Virus record (IMG/VR): IMGVR_UViG_3300037882_004081
Location: 1-64,000 of that record
Direction: 5' to 3' (one strand)
Length of the DNA: 64,000 nt
Origin: a virus
The notes under the pieces are model-generated. The model did no database searches and was not told the origin of the DNA. It was given only the letters and a program-made list of their open reading frames with translations. Both the position numbers and the translations under genes were made by a program. This document shows positions 54,597 to 63,870 of the stretch, piece after piece (the stretch's first letter is position 1; every line of letters begins with the position of its first letter).

Positions 54597-54961
54597 GCGC
54601 TGGGGACTTGCTGGGTATCCGTCATGACTCTGGACATGTTAGCGCCGAACGCTTTGCCAAGCTGCTTGAGCAGCGCATACCCGTTGTCAACCGGAGTTCT
54701 GAGCACCTGAACAGCCGACATGAGTCGATAGGCGACCAGAATAAACGTCAGGAGTGCCAGCCAAATGCTTATCCCAACGAACAGGAGAGACCACAGGACA
54801 GCATTGAGAGGTTGGATGATGTTGGTGATACCCATCACGACCGTCACCGGCACTGGAAACAGCACGAGAGCGGTGAGCAGCAAAAGCCCTATCTCAAGCC
54901 AGTTGTAGGGTTTGTAGGGTATCGCGGAAATCGGCGGTTCTTCCATACTGGACAAGAACAC
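54593..54961 (-). CDS. Two-TM membrane protein
   Basis: Two hydrophobic helices. Confidence 0.65.
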   Translation of the reverse strand: MFLSSMEEPPISAIPYKPYNWLEIGLLLLTALVLFPVPVTVVMGITNIIQPLNAVLWSLLFVGISIWLALLTFILVAYRLMSAVQVLRTPVDNGYALLKQLGKAFGANMSRVMTDTQQVPSA

Positions 54962-57366
54962 TACGCCAAGGCGGCATTCCCATTCTCATCCATACGGGCT
55001 TGAGACCGTTTTTCTAGCATCACTAAGGTAACGAGTGGCTCAATGAGACGGGCGAACAAACGCTCTTGGGAATCGTATTGCTGCTGACGGGTGGTCGCCT
55101 CACGTGCCATACGGTCGCTGTCTCGGGACGCTTGTTCAAGTCCCAGTTCCTGTCCCGGTACGGTACGGCTGAATGACGCCAAGGTCTCCGTTTGGTCACC
55201 GAACAACGAGGCGTCGATAGCCTTGGAACGCTGGAACTCCATGAAGCGCTCCACCGAGCCAGTCCACCCTTCCGCGTCAGCCTCCTTCGAGATCGCGCCA
55301 CTCCGCACCAGTTCCTCCGCCGTCGGGTCCTTGCCGCTCATGATGCCGAGATAGGCGGCACGGTTCAGAGCACCAAAGTTCTTCGGTGAGTACCCAGCAT
55401 CCACCATGCGCTTGATCAGATCCGAACGGCGGCGATTCAGATCGGAGAACGGCACCGCTCCCTTGCCCGCGAAGTATTTGCCATCCTTGGAGAACTTCCG
55501 TGCCATGTCGTCTCGGAACGCCATGTCACGTTGCATCGCCGAGTTGTTCTCCGCAATGATCTCCTGCCCCTTGGCTTCCGTGTACATCGACGAAAGCTCA
55601 AGACCCACCGAACCAATCGTTGCCCCCGACATGGCGGCACCTGCTATCCCGGCTTTACCGGCGAATGAAGCGCCGAGGCGACCAGCAAGCTGACCCAACA
55701 AACCGCGCCCAGCGGCTCCCCCGGCTGCAGTGGCTGCCGCGCCACCTACCGCCCCGGCGCTACCTGCTGCCGCCGCTGATGTCCCAGCACCACTCGCCGC
55801 TGCGGTGAGCGCTCTCGCGCCACCTCGTGTGAATAGACCAGAAGCCCACCCACCGAGACCGCGCAATCCACCCATTGCCGAGGAACCCAGGCGACCAATC
55901 CCAGCTTTTCCACCGAGTGACATCAGCGCCTTACCACCCGCTAGGGCACCCTTGGCGGCACCCAACCCTAGAATGGCACTAATAGCCGGGTTTTCGCGGA
56001 CCATCTGAATGATGGTGCCAAGCTTCCGGTTTTCATCGAAGATTTCCTGCAGCCATGGAGGAATTGCGTTCGCCACTTCCGCTCTCATCGCGTCCACCCG
56101 CTCGTCGGCGCTTGTGATCTCCGGTACCAACGCCGAAGCAGATTGAGCAGTCAGCACGTTCCCACTGGGCTTCGAGGACTCCGCTTGGCGAACCTTTTGA
56201 CCAGCCAACAGAGACTCACCCAAATCGAGGTCTCCGGGAAGCGATGAGGCCACTTGCTGAGCGGTGAGCAAGCGCATCGTTTCCGAGTTGCTCATGGTGT
56301 CACCACGATTCTGTTTGCTGAGAAGTGCCTGATAGTCCCCTCCGGTCATGCCCTGGCTCCGCAATACGCCCTTCGCGTAAGCTTCGTCCATTGCGGCGGC
56401 TTTTTGCTTTGCCACTAGCCCCGTGCCCCGGTGGGCGTTGATCCAATCGAGCGTTGACACCCCGGCAAAGCTCGCTTGGACGGCAGCTTCCCCGAACCTA
56501 TCCATGCCCTTGGTACCAAGGAGTTTGCTCGTGTACTTGCCGAAGTCTTGCGCTGATCTTTCAATGGTGGCGGCAGCAATCAACTGCTTCTTGAGGAATT
56601 CAGCCCGCGCAATCTGGTCCATGCGGAGCGTGTCCTCGAACGACTCCTGGATTGTCTGGATGGATTTTTGCGCCGACAACCCTTCGGAACCAAGCGACGA
56701 CACCAGCGACATCACCTCCTCATATTGGTCGACATCCTGACGGAGCCCACCAAGCAGCAGACCCTGCAACGTCGCAATGTCACCAGCACTCGCGCCAGCG
56801 AGTTTCCCCGCACTGGCTGAGTTGCTCAACCGGGATGAATCCGCGTCGGTGAGCACAGAAGCTTCCCCGCGACGAGTGGCGCGGAACACCCCCACTTGGC
56901 TCGCACGGATCGTGGCGGCGTCCGCGCTACTCCACCCACCCTCTTTCGCGATCCTCTTGAGCTTCGCCGCTTCGGTGTTGATGAAAGTCCCGAGATTACC
57001 GAGTTCGTTTTGGAACGCCGCCGTACCCCGATAAGTCTTGCGCACCATGTCGCTCCACCCGATCGTGAGAGCCCCGATTTCGCCAGCCGCCTTTACCCCA
57101 GTACCGAATGCCACCGCCACCTTTTTCCAGGCATTTTCCACCCGCTCACTGAACCTGATGACGCTGGTAGCACTCGCAGTGGTGGTGCTATCCAGTTGGG
57201 TGATGGCAGCAGCAAGGCTGGAAGTGCCCTGGGTTGCGCTACGGCTCGCGCTGGTGATACCGGAAAAAGCTGCCGACACCTGACCACCCATGGCGGCGGA
57301 GGCAGCTTCGCCCCTTCTCATCTCCGTGATGAGTTGGGACATGAATGAGTCTAGGATTCCGGCCAT
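54961..57366 (-). CDS. Tape measure protein
   Basis: 801 aa, Ala/Gly-rich and helical with a glycine-rich hydrophobic segment. Confidence 0.75.
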   Translation of the reverse strand: MAGILDSFMSQLITEMRRGEAASAAMGGQVSAAFSGITSASRSATQGTSSLAAAITQLDSTTTASATSVIRFSERVENAWKKVAVAFGTGVKAAGEIGALTIGWSDMVRKTYRGTAAFQNELGNLGTFINTEAAKLKRIAKEGGWSSADAATIRASQVGVFRATRRGEASVLTDADSSRLSNSASAGKLAGASAGDIATLQGLLLGGLRQDVDQYEEVMSLVSSLGSEGLSAQKSIQTIQESFEDTLRMDQIARAEFLKKQLIAAATIERSAQDFGKYTSKLLGTKGMDRFGEAAVQASFAGVSTLDWINAHRGTGLVAKQKAAAMDEAYAKGVLRSQGMTGGDYQALLSKQNRGDTMSNSETMRLLTAQQVASSLPGDLDLGESLLAGQKVRQAESSKPSGNVLTAQSASALVPEITSADERVDAMRAEVANAIPPWLQEIFDENRKLGTIIQMVRENPAISAILGLGAAKGALAGGKALMSLGGKAGIGRLGSSAMGGLRGLGGWASGLFTRGGARALTAAASGAGTSAAAAGSAGAVGGAAATAAGGAAGRGLLGQLAGRLGASFAGKAGIAGAAMSGATIGSVGLELSSMYTEAKGQEIIAENNSAMQRDMAFRDDMARKFSKDGKYFAGKGAVPFSDLNRRRSDLIKRMVDAGYSPKNFGALNRAAYLGIMSGKDPTAEELVRSGAISKEADAEGWTGSVERFMEFQRSKAIDASLFGDQTETLASFSRTVPGQELGLEQASRDSDRMAREATTRQQQYDSQERLFARLIEPLVTLVMLEKRSQARMDENGNAALA

Positions 57367-57383
57367 TACGATACCTATACAGG

Positions 57384-57707
57384 ATGGCTTGGATGTACGA
57401 CTTTGGACTTGAAAGGGGCGACGTGGTAGAGCAAGTTCGTGCTTGGGTGTCCGAGTGGATTGACGAAAACAACGACCTTATCACGAAAACCCTGACGGCC
57501 CGCCAGTTGCTTGTACTGGTGGATATGAAGGACGGAATCAACGTTGCCAACGACTTTTCGTGGATATTCCCCGACGAGCCCACCAAACAACTGTTCGGGT
57601 TGCTCAGTTACGGTGGTCCTACGACTCGCCGTCTTGGACTTGGAGATTGGCTTGAAAAGAAGTGTCAGGATGAAGCCGATAAGTCCCTACTTTTAGCACT
57701 CAAATGA
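57384..57707 (+). CDS. Hypothetical protein
   Basis: ATGA-coupled to the neck gene. Confidence 0.6.
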   Translation: MAWMYDFGLERGDVVEQVRAWVSEWIDENNDLITKTLTARQLLVLVDMKDGINVANDFSWIFPDEPTKQLFGLLSYGGPTTRRLGLGDWLEKKCQDEADKSLLLALK

Positions 57708-58483
57708 CATTCTCATCCCGCATCCTCATCGGACACGACAAGAAGTGGTTCCACGCGCTCACGCTTCAGGATCTCATCCTTTACGGTGAACGTCCAGTCC
57801 TCACACCGCAGGATGATCTTGAAAACCGCTTTGCAATGGCGGGTTTGCACGACTACAAGCAGGCACTCGCGATCACCGTTGAGTGGTATGAACGCACTAT
57901 GCCGGTGCTGATTTTCCATGAGCTTGCCGGTACCACCAGCACCGATGCGATTGACCTACAGTATGGGGAATCCAACACCCCCGAAATCAAGTTCTCACGG
58001 TCGATCCGTCTCCCCGCTTCCATTAAACAGGACCCGCTCAAGCGCAGGTGGACTCCCGAGGGAATGGTGGCTCGCCAGAACGGTGAGATTTACCTCAGCC
58101 CGTATCACCTCGCCCAGATGAACTACACACCGGGCGTAGGTGACTTCGTGATCTATCGGGCCGAGGTTTACGAGGTGACGAGCGTACAAGCTCAGCCGAC
58201 CGACTACTGGTTGCAAACTGGCATCCCACTCCACGTTCAAATCATGATCAAAGGAGCGACACTTCCAAATGACACCAGCTGTCTGGAGTGTTTGGCACTC
58301 GAAAGCCCTCCTGGCCTTCAGTGCGACGCTGAGGGAGTCCCGGCTATGCAACAACTTGCGCCCATTGACCCCTTCCCGGCTTCACCCCCAGGCAACCAGT
58401 CTCCGGTTGCCCCCGTGTCCACCATCACTCCGCTGGTGTCCGGGCCACTGGACGTTGGCCCGTACGATCCGCAGGACATCTAA
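57704..58483 (+). CDS. Neck / head-closure protein, T4 gp14-like
   Basis: IDLQYGES...FSRSIRLPA, YTPGVGDFVIYRAEVYEV...YWLQ. Confidence 0.7.
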   Translation: MTFSSRILIGHDKKWFHALTLQDLILYGERPVLTPQDDLENRFAMAGLHDYKQALAITVEWYERTMPVLIFHELAGTTSTDAIDLQYGESNTPEIKFSRSIRLPASIKQDPLKRRWTPEGMVARQNGEIYLSPYHLAQMNYTPGVGDFVIYRAEVYEVTSVQAQPTDYWLQTGIPLHVQIMIKGATLPNDTSCLECLALESPPGLQCDAEGVPAMQQLAPIDPFPASPPGNQSPVAPVSTITPLVSGPLDVGPYDPQDI

Positions 58484-58932
58484 CGAGCCCGTGCGGCACG
58501 AAGGAGTTCCTTGATGCGTGGTTCTGGCTTCCAGTAGTTTGGACCTTTCGTGACCTTTCCGTTTCCATCGTAGGACGCACTCCCGTCCTCGTTGAGTTTG
58601 GAGGCGTTGGACTCCATGATGATTTCGAGAATCTCGTTGAGTGGGAGCCCGAATTTCGCGGCTTCGCTGTGAGCGTACACGCACAGGTCGCCCAACAGGT
58701 CACCAATTTCAACGAGCAGGTCCAATTCCTGTTCATCTTCCAGTACCCCAGCAACCGCACGGCTGTCCAAAATGTCGTCAATTTCATCGACTTCCCCGTG
58801 GAGCGTCTTGGCGAGTCCGGTCAGACGGGTACGCCAGTCCTCATTCAGTGCCGAGATGGTGGGGTATTCGGCAGTAGGCAAGCGGTACATCTGGTTGAAG
58901 CCACCACACGATTCAAGGAGTTGTTTCGTCAT
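58480..58932 (-). CDS. MazG-like all-alpha NTP pyrophosphohydrolase
   Basis: EVDE, EIGDLLGDLCVY, IMESNASKL..DG...GKVTKGPNYWKPE. Confidence 0.9.
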   Translation of the reverse strand: MTKQLLESCGGFNQMYRLPTAEYPTISALNEDWRTRLTGLAKTLHGEVDEIDDILDSRAVAGVLEDEQELDLLVEIGDLLGDLCVYAHSEAAKFGLPLNEILEIIMESNASKLNEDGSASYDGNGKVTKGPNYWKPEPRIKELLRAARAR

Positions 58933-58954
58933 AGACCATATGAGAAAACACAAA

Positions 58955-58984
58955 CGAGGGGCGGGAGTTGCCCCCCGCCCCTCG
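58955..58984 (-). terminator. Intrinsic terminator
   Basis: 11-bp stem CGAGGGGCGGG/CCCGCCCCTCG followed by TTTGTGTTTTT on the minus strand. Confidence 0.85.
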
Positions 58985-59005
58985 CACACACCGCACCAAC
59001 GATCC

Positions 59006-60184
59006 TTACGCTTCCGCAAGGATCGAAGCTTCCTCAGCGCTCAGCGCTGCCGCCTTTTCCGGATCACCGGCTTGGAGGTAAAACGCCTTGGCATTTTCGA
59101 ACACCACGTCTTTGTCGGGCTTGACCCCTTCCAGATCGAAGCTGTCGGAGCCGAGCCAGTCACCCACCAGACCGAACAGCCGTGGGGCGAGGTTCGGGGT
59201 GTAGTGGGTGGCGCACTCCGTGGCGATTTGGATGAGTTGGTAGGCCGACAGTCCGATTGGGCAGTTGGCGCGAAGCTTGTGAGGCAGGTCGGTCAGCGTC
59301 ACCACGCCGATTTCGCTGAGTTTCGGGGCGATCACGGCGGCGAGACCGCGACGGATGCTGTTGACCTTCTCGTCTTCACCACGGAGCGAGCGAAGCAGTT
59401 CCATCGCCATCGCGATCGACGCCGAGGTGTGCAGGGACTCGTCGATGCGGCTCTTCAGCATCATGATGCCGTGTTCGTCCACGTGGCGCAGGTACTTCTG
59501 GACGGTGACCGCTGGAGTGAGGTTCTTGGAGCTAGGAACCGGCGAGCGGAACGCGGAACTCATCGCCACCATCCCGTTGGAGCACACTTGGCGCAGCATG
59601 GCAACGAAGCTCTGCATTTGGCCATATCCGTCCATCGGGATTTGAAGCGCCACTTCCGGGTTGTGGTGGTCGCCCTTGCCGAATTCGAAGGAACCCGCAA
59701 CATCCCGGTACAGGATGATCTGTCCGTCGCTGTAGCTGAACGCCTTCAGGAGCCCTTCCTCCATGAGCGGGGCGGCGACCGTTTCCAGACCCTTGGGGCT
59801 GAACCGGCAAGCGCTGTCGCTGGTGACCGCAAGGGCGCGGGTGCCATTTTCCACGGCGACCGTAACCATCACGTCACGACCCTTGTCGTTGCGCTTGGCC
59901 ACAGCGCGTTCGAAGACCTCTTGGTGCGAGAAGAGATTGAAGACCGACTTGGGCACCCCGATCAGTCCGGTCAGGGAAGCCCAAAAGCGGGCGGTCGTGC
60001 TGACCGTCATGCCGCCAATGCCAATGTTGTTGTCGGCGACGACGCGCAGTTCGTTCATCGGAATCCGGGCGAACTCCATCGAGGGAACCAAGCTCCAGTC
60101 GGTCGAGCGGGAGAAGGAGGCTTCCCGGCGACGGGCTGGCTGGATGGTGCGGTCAGGATTGGCGAATGGGTTGTTGGTGCTCAT
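59006..60184 (-). CDS. DUF932-like early protein
   Basis: MLRQVCSNGMV motif; start MSTNNPF; strong codon bias. Confidence 0.7.
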   Translation of the reverse strand: MSTNNPFANPDRTIQPARRREASFSRSTDWSLVPSMEFARIPMNELRVVADNNIGIGGMTVSTTARFWASLTGLIGVPKSVFNLFSHQEVFERAVAKRNDKGRDVMVTVAVENGTRALAVTSDSACRFSPKGLETVAAPLMEEGLLKAFSYSDGQIILYRDVAGSFEFGKGDHHNPEVALQIPMDGYGQMQSFVAMLRQVCSNGMVAMSSAFRSPVPSSKNLTPAVTVQKYLRHVDEHGIMMLKSRIDESLHTSASIAMAMELLRSLRGEDEKVNSIRRGLAAVIAPKLSEIGVVTLTDLPHKLRANCPIGLSAYQLIQIATECATHYTPNLAPRLFGLVGDWLGSDSFDLEGVKPDKDVVFENAKAFYLQAGDPEKAAALSAEEASILAEA

Positions 60185-60227
60185 AAGATAGGTGGGTAGT
60201 GGATTAGTGGTGATTAGTAAGTATGGT

Positions 60228-60256
60228 ATTTTAACACACTCTTGGCGTTTTGTCAA
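60228..60256 (-). promoter_or_regulatory. Sigma70-type early promoter
   Basis: TTGACA-17 nt (TGTGT)-TAAAAT. Confidence 0.9.
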
Positions 60257-60259
60257 GTC

Positions 60260-61534
60260 CTAGCCAATGATCATGGCTCCGGCGTCGTGCTGGGCAGCTT
60301 CCATAGCAGCACGCTCTTCAGCGGCGGAAGGACGCCATCCGCCATGCTGCAACTCCTTCAGGTAAGCCTCGCGGCGAGCCTTAAGAGCCTGCAGGGCGCG
60401 GATGCTGTCCACCCGCTTCATGATCGCGACGTGCTGGGATTTGACTTGGGTGGTCACGTGGACCAATTCACGGGCTTTTTCGAGGTCGCTCGTCATTTGC
60501 ACCCAAGCCTGCCCGCCCCCTTCCACTTCCACTTGGTTGAAGCGGTTCACTGGGTCGGCCCAATGGACGAAGCTCATATTACTGTTGGTGCTCTGGACGA
60601 TGTTCTTGCGGGTTCCCTTGAACTGGCGAAGCACCCGACCCGCCATTTGCTTGCAAACGCTCTCCGTGTGGGTGTCCCGCACAAACACCGTCTTGAGGCT
60701 TGGGACGTCGAGCCCTTCGCTCAGGATCGACATTGACACTAGCACCTGCAGGTCCCCATTACCAAGGTCGTCGATCATTTCTTCGCGTTTCTGATACGGC
60801 GTGCTGCCCGAAATAAGCTCTGCGCGGTGTCCGAGTGCCCGGAGCATGTTGACCGCTTCCGTGCAGTCAGCCAAGGTCAGGAAGAACATGACGGACTTGC
60901 CGAATACGTCCTGCTTGTCGTGCCACGCATTCACCACCGAAGCCGGGTTGTAGGCGGAAAGTTGGTAGAAGTCGAATTCCGCCAGATATCCCTGCTCGAT
61001 CAGGAACCGGTAACCACAATCGGTGATGCGGTGCTGGAAAAGGAGCGTCGCATGGTCGCCACGGCTGGGGGTGGCGCTGAGTCCGAGGCTGTACTGGGGG
61101 AGGATCGTGTTGGCGACCACTTGAGCGGTCGAGCAGGCATCGTGGTGGCACTCATCAACCACGTAGAAGCGAAGCGGCTTCTGCATGATCGGGTTGTTTT
61201 TGACCTTCTCGCCATCCCACATGAGGATTGGGAACAACTGGTCCTGTGGCACCATCGGGCCATTGGAACCCGGCCAGCGTGACACCCGGTTTTCCTCGAC
61301 CACTTGATTCAGGAGGTTAGACTTGCCTGCCATCCAGCCGATTCCCACGTCCTGTGGTGCAAACCCAAGGGATGGGGCAACTTCGTGGATGAAACGATCA
61401 GCGACGCGGAGCGCCATGGCGCTCTTTCCGCTAGCCGTTGGGCTCTCGATGAGTTGGGTTGTGTACTTGGCCCATCCGGCAGTCGCCTTGTCGGTGATGC
61501 GGATTTGGTAGTCACGTGGTTCGAGTTGCTTCAT
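60260..61534 (-). CDS. SF2 DEAD/DEAH-like helicase, leaderless
   Basis: PRDYQ, SPTASGKS, VVDECHH, GLSATP, LSEGLDVP, QMAGRVLR. Confidence 0.92.
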   Translation of the reverse strand: MKQLEPRDYQIRITDKATAGWAKYTTQLIESPTASGKSAMALRVADRFIHEVAPSLGFAPQDVGIGWMAGKSNLLNQVVEENRVSRWPGSNGPMVPQDQLFPILMWDGEKVKNNPIMQKPLRFYVVDECHHDACSTAQVVANTILPQYSLGLSATPSRGDHATLLFQHRITDCGYRFLIEQGYLAEFDFYQLSAYNPASVVNAWHDKQDVFGKSVMFFLTLADCTEAVNMLRALGHRAELISGSTPYQKREEMIDDLGNGDLQVLVSMSILSEGLDVPSLKTVFVRDTHTESVCKQMAGRVLRQFKGTRKNIVQSTNSNMSFVHWADPVNRFNQVEVEGGGQAWVQMTSDLEKARELVHVTTQVKSQHVAIMKRVDSIRALQALKARREAYLKELQHGGWRPSAAEERAAMEAAQHDAGAMIIG

Positions 61535-61539
61535 ATAAT

Positions 61540-61568
61540 AACATACCACACCTGTCAAGCTTTGTCAA
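61540..61568 (-). promoter_or_regulatory. Sigma70-type early promoter with a duplicated -35 box
   Basis: TTGACA-17 nt (contains a second TTGACA, ends TGTGG)-TATGTT; ATG 5 nt downstream. Confidence 0.8.
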
Positions 61569-61597
61569 GTCCTTACTCCCCCTTGGAGAACACGAGA

Positions 61598-61702
61598 CTA
61601 CGGAAGAGCTTTATCGAGCAACCTAAGAAACCCCCATAGGACAACCTGGGATAGGAGGATACCGAGTATCACTGCGGAACCATAGAACCAGATGTGCCTC
61701 AT
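61598..61702 (-). CDS. Small membrane peptide
   Basis: MRHIWFYGSAVILGILLSQVVLWGFLRLLDKALP. Confidence 0.5.
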   Translation of the reverse strand: MRHIWFYGSAVILGILLSQVVLWGFLRLLDKALP

Positions 61703-61728
61703 AGCCCTCATACCTACCCATATATGAA

Positions 61729-61761
61729 GAGGGCCACCGAGTGTGCTGCTCGGTGGCCCTC
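61729..61761 (-). terminator. Strong hairpin, probable terminator
   Basis: 13-bp stem GAGGGCCACCGAG/CTCGGTGGCCCTC. Confidence 0.75.
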
Positions 61762-61805
61762 CCCCTATGCTATCTGTACTCTGGTGTGCCCCCACACCAA
61801 AAGGC

Positions 61806-62267
61806 TTAGACGCCCCACTCGGACGGCGAAGGCACCGCACCGAAGCCAGCGGTGGTGTCGCCGACGGTCGAGAGACCGGCTTTCCCGTTCTGGGCGGACG
61901 CGATGTCCACTTGGCCGAGGAAAGGCTTGCCGTTGTGGGTCAAGTCGACGCGCACGGTCGTGGAACCGTCAACGCCGCGAGTTTGCAACTTGATCTTGGT
62001 GTACTTGCTGCGAACGGACGCCAGAGCTTCGCCACCGGGCTTGATGGTGATGGCGGAACCGAGGTTTGCCCAGGACGAACCATTGTACTCCTGGACTTGC
62101 ACGACGGCGTCGTACCCGGCTTTCGGGTCCATCGCCTTGTCGTGTTGAGTCAGGTTGGTCAGGATGATCTGGAACGGGCCAGTGCTCTTGTGGAGCGTGA
62201 GGTTGAGCGCGTCAGCGACGGCTGCAGCGGCTGGGCAATTGACTTGGAAGACGGAGTTAGCGGCCAT
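61806..62267 (-). CDS. Highly expressed putative virion protein (decoration-like)
   Basis: Beta-rich, strong codon bias, followed by a terminator. Confidence 0.6.
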   Translation of the reverse strand: MAANSVFQVNCPAAAAVADALNLTLHKSTGPFQIILTNLTQHDKAMDPKAGYDAVVQVQEYNGSSWANLGSAITIKPGGEALASVRSKYTKIKLQTRGVDGSTTVRVDLTHNGKPFLGQVDIASAQNGKAGLSTVGDTTAGFGAVPSPSEWGV

Positions 62268-62284
62268 GGTAGTGGTTGGATTGG

Positions 62285-62647
62285 TTACTGAGTGGCGGAA
62301 CCCTGGTTATCCGGGACAATCCGGAGAAACAGGTTACGGATGCCGTTCACGATCATTTCCTGCCGATAGGCTTTGAACGGGAGTACCGTCACGCCACCGG
62401 GCCTGTAATGACCACGTTTTGCATTGGCTGCTTGTTCCTTAGCCGCCTGAGCACCCTGCCGAAGGTCTTCCAAGACCGCCGTCCGCACGTGTTCGTACAG
62501 TTCGTCAGTCGGTGGAGTGACCCGCATCAGTAGTTCCCCACTCTTCCCCTTCTCCACCCATTTCAGGGCGGTTACTAGGTTGAGTCGCTCGAAACGGCTG
62601 GTCAACAGACCAACCACTCCATCAGCGAACGGGTTCCTTAAGCTCAT
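62285..62647 (-). CDS. Hypothetical protein
   Basis: Clean ORF. Confidence 0.65.
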   Translation of the reverse strand: MSLRNPFADGVVGLLTSRFERLNLVTALKWVEKGKSGELLMRVTPPTDELYEHVRTAVLEDLRQGAQAAKEQAANAKRGHYRPGGVTVLPFKAYRQEMIVNGIRNLFLRIVPDNQGSATQ

Positions 62648-62695
62648 CGTGGATAGCTAAGTGGTGACTCCGCGTATTATTCCAGACCCTAAACG

Positions 62696-63040
62696 TTAAG
62701 GCTTGGGAGCCATTTGCGCGTTGGCTCGGATGGCCTCAACAACGGGTTGCAACTCGGTGAGGGACTGCAGGATGATGGCTTGTTCCTGCAGCGATTTGCC
62801 TAGATAGGCACCGTGTTTCCACGCGACCTCAACTGCTGCCGCCAGATTGACGACCGCCGACAGATTGACCGACACGGGTACCGGTTCCGACGGAGCCTCC
62901 GGTTTTGGTTCATCAGCTTTTACTGCATGCGAAACCGGCTCTAGTGGCACTTCCATTTTGGGCTCTTCAGCCGAGTAAGATGGGGCTGGTGTCAATGGCT
63001 CAGCCGGACCCGTCCCCCTTAGCGCTCTGTCTTTAATCAT
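62696..63040 (-). CDS. Hypothetical Pro/Glu-rich protein
   Basis: Start MIKDRAL after the upstream stop. Confidence 0.65.
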   Translation of the reverse strand: MIKDRALRGTGPAEPLTPAPSYSAEEPKMEVPLEPVSHAVKADEPKPEAPSEPVPVSVNLSAVVNLAAAVEVAWKHGAYLGKSLQEQAIILQSLTELQPVVEAIRANAQMAPKP

Positions 63041-63044
63041 GGCA

Positions 63045-63413
63045 CTACAGAACACCCAATCGCTTCAGGTACTGATAGGCCAACCAGACCAGAATGTTTA
63101 CCGTCCAAGCGGGTATCCGGTCACCGAACACCGTCATGACGAGTTCCACGATCGCGGACTGCTTCTCGGACTTTCCGATGTCCTGCCGGGAGATCTTCAA
63201 ACACCACCCCGCGACAATCTCGAAATCACCGATCGTGAGACCGGGTTTTCCATCCAGCATCGTCATTTTGAGGAACGACGCCTGACAAAACTTCGCAACC
63301 GGCGAAAGCCAAAGTTTGATTTTCGACTTGGCAGTAGCAAACCTGAAGTCCCTGGCGACTGATTCAGTCGCCATGAACCCATCCTGACGAAGTTGTTGAA
63401 TGCGGGCGCTCAT
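63045..63413 (-). CDS. Hypothetical protein
   Basis: ATGA-coupled. Confidence 0.65.
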   Translation of the reverse strand: MSARIQQLRQDGFMATESVARDFRFATAKSKIKLWLSPVAKFCQASFLKMTMLDGKPGLTIGDFEIVAGWCLKISRQDIGKSEKQSAIVELVMTVFGDRIPAWTVNILVWLAYQYLKRLGVL

Positions 63414-63853
63414 TTGACTGGTTTGCCTAGGCGAATCGCAGCCACGTCGCGGATGAGTCTGGAAAGGGGAGCGAGCACCAGGGCTGCGCGGATTGCGATG
63501 ACGCGGGCCGACTCGTGATCAATGTCGCCGAGGCTGTCCACGATCTTTTTGGTGAGCGCTTCCACTTCGGTATCGGTGAGGTCAGCCGCTTCCACGCCAA
63601 TTTCGCGCCAGTGCAGGAATGCACCAGCGGTCTGCCGGACCGGGTTGAGAAGTGGCAACGCGTCAGCGACCGTCAGTCCATCAGCCGCTGCCTCTTCAAA
63701 TGCCGCCGCCATGGCAACGATGGAAAGCAACGCGGCTTCGGTCTTGTCGCTGTCCGTGGTACCGTGCAATTCCGGGATGACCGGTTCGTCAGGCGTGATT
63801 GGGTTGATGGTGCCAAAGACCTTGTCGACGATGGTTTTGAATGAGAATTTCAT
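63410..63853 (-). CDS. Hypothetical helical protein
   Basis: AADGLTVADALPL...EAADLTDTE pattern seen in phage proteins. Confidence 0.7.
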   Translation of the reverse strand: MKFSFKTIVDKVFGTINPITPDEPVIPELHGTTDSDKTEAALLSIVAMAAAFEEAAADGLTVADALPLLNPVRQTAGAFLHWREIGVEAADLTDTEVEALTKKIVDSLGDIDHESARVIAIRAALVLAPLSRLIRDVAAIRLGKPVK

Positions 63854-63870
63854 CGTCTATAACTAAGCGG

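Noticed and set aside
54593-54961. Holin call for the two-TM protein
   Set aside because: No adjacent endolysin or family motif.
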